In this document: positions 19,802 to 21,014 of the stretch, one piece after another
Layout: every line of letters starts with the position of its first letter
Position numbering within the stretch: the first letter of the stretch is position 1
Assembly (NCBI GenBank): GCA_003971905.1
Contig: RSEE01000077.1
Location: 310,001-331,014 of the forward strand
Direction: 5' to 3'
DNA length: 21,014 nucleotides
Origin: Moniliella sp. 'wahieum'
Taxonomy: Eukaryota
Notes under the pieces: generated by a model
Seen by the model: only the letters and a program-made list of their open reading frames with translations
Database searches by the model: none
What the model was told of the DNA's origin: nothing
Program-made: the position numbers and the translations under genes

Positions 19802-21014
19802 TTAAATTGTTGCCGCTGCGCTGCCCCATCCCAGTCCAGCTGCAGCCCGAAGGAGTTCGCGGGTACGCATCAACGCCTTGCCTTGCTCATTCTTCCCTCG
19901 GAACGAGTGTTGTACCGTGGAAGTGTGCAGACGAGGTCGTGAAGGCTTCGGAGGGGCCCCGAAATGCACTCCCCTTGACGCGACGGGTAGACCTTCGAGA
20001 CTTGGATGTGTTTCCTTACTGCTTGGCAAAGGCACCGAGGGCGACGGTCGTAAGGAAACGGGATGGGGGGCGTATCTGCGTGGTCTTCCTTCTGGTCAGA
20101 TTCATCATTCTCTAGTGTCTCTTGGTCTCCTCGTCGTGGTCGCGAAGGTCGATCGTGTCGGAGGTGGAAGCCGACACCTCCTCATTCACGCCCGAACTTC
20201 TTGGCGACCGGGATCGAGCCGCGGCTGCTTCCTGGGCTGCTTCTTTGGCTCGTGCCGCCCGCTGTGCCGCTGAAAGCGCCGATCGTGACCGGCCTCGCGA
20301 TGGAACAGGCGTATCGAGCTGGGATAGGCTCACACCCGCGCCCCAAAATACTTCCGAGGGCGTGGCATAAACAATCAATGCGTCCCCGTCTCGAGCAGGC
20401 GAAGGCTCAGGTCAGAATGTTGGGTAAACTTGAGTAGCAACACCCGATCCATTGCCGCTACATTCAATCGATCTCTCATCCAGCCACGCTCGACGTAGGC
20501 GGAATGTTGATGTGCGACCCGACGTGCGTCTTGCGGCGTCGCCTGCCGCCGCACTTTGTGTGCCACCTCAGGATGGGCGGTAAACTTGAGCGCTTGGAAC
20601 AAGTGTTCTGGGGGGTACGAATGAGCGGACGAACCTGGATGCAGGAGAGTGGATACGTACCAGCAGTAGGATAGCGGACTCCGTCCAAGTAAACGGGATG
20701 GTCCGAATCGGGCGACAGCCAAAAGTTCGGCGCACCCTTGTGGTGGAAGGCAATCCGCATAGGGTTTCGACTCGAATCATACAGGACACCGTTGGCGATA
20801 AAGGGAGTCTTGTCCAGGACAGGCTTGGGCGCTGCCCCAGCCACGGAGGAGGAAGCCGTAGAGATAGATTCCGATTGCGAGTCCGGCTGGGAAAGGACTG
20901 GCGAATCGATGGGGGACAAGAGTTCAGGGGAAGGAAGTGCGGGTTCAGAGGCTTCCGCTGGCGGTTCCGACGTAGTCTTAGACTTGCGCCGAAGCAAGCT
21001 GGAGAGGCTGGGCA
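19802..21014 (-). CDS. NADAR / YbiA-family domain protein, 5' end probably outside the window; intron 20608..20660; frameshifted
   Basis: IAFHHKGAPNFWLSPDSDHPVYLDGVRYPTA spliced (GTACGT..CTCAT..CAG) to EHLFQALKF, then MDRVLLLKFTQHSDLSLRLLETG, LIVYATPSEVFWG, and the C-terminal GKNEQGKALMRTRELL motif in ORF 19802..20035. Confidence 0.88.

Noticed and set aside
334..20390. Mass pseudogenisation or programmed frameshifting
   Set aside because: Catalytic motifs are intact, no common slippery motif is seen, and most breaks are one-base losses in runs, pointing to sequencing error.
334..21014. Nucleotide-metabolism cluster (PRPP synthetase, Ap4A phosphorylase, NADAR)
   Set aside because: The genes are far apart and interleaved with unrelated housekeeping genes; no shared regulatory signal is evident.
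1..21014. Numerous overlapping antisense ORFs; transposon, viral or CRISPR signatures
   Set aside because: Antisense ORFs are expected shadows in GC-rich coding DNA. No transposase, reverse transcriptase, terminal repeats or repeat-spacer arrays were seen.

Overview
Gene-dense, GC-rich eukaryotic DNA with short GT-AG spliceosomal introns (48-88 nt, CTRAC-type branch sites), most consistent with a compact fungal genome, probably a basidiomycete (inferred from protein resemblance and intron style). Left to right: PRPP synthetase (-), intron-containing tRNA-Gly(GCC) (-), Hsp90 co-chaperone Aha1 (-), Lsm2 (-), a SNAPC4-like Myb protein with AT-hooks (+), a Naa40/Nat4-like acetyltransferase (-), an F-box protein (+), a Pal1-family protein (-), V-ATPase c'' Vma16 (+), Ap4A phosphorylase Apa1/2 (-), Vps74/GOLPH3 (+), an unrecognised fragmented probable gene (+) and a NADAR/YbiA-domain protein (-). 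Most long genes are broken by single-base deletions, mostly in homopolymers, which look like assembly errors, so several boundaries are approximate. I see no mobile element, CRISPR array or convincing new multi-gene system. The best leads are the structured Aha1-Lsm2 intergenic region (telomere-repeat motifs, hairpins around an Sm-like site, heat-shock element), the split NADAR domain, and the orphan gene at about 18.4-19.7 kb. All family calls are from motif recognition, not database searches.
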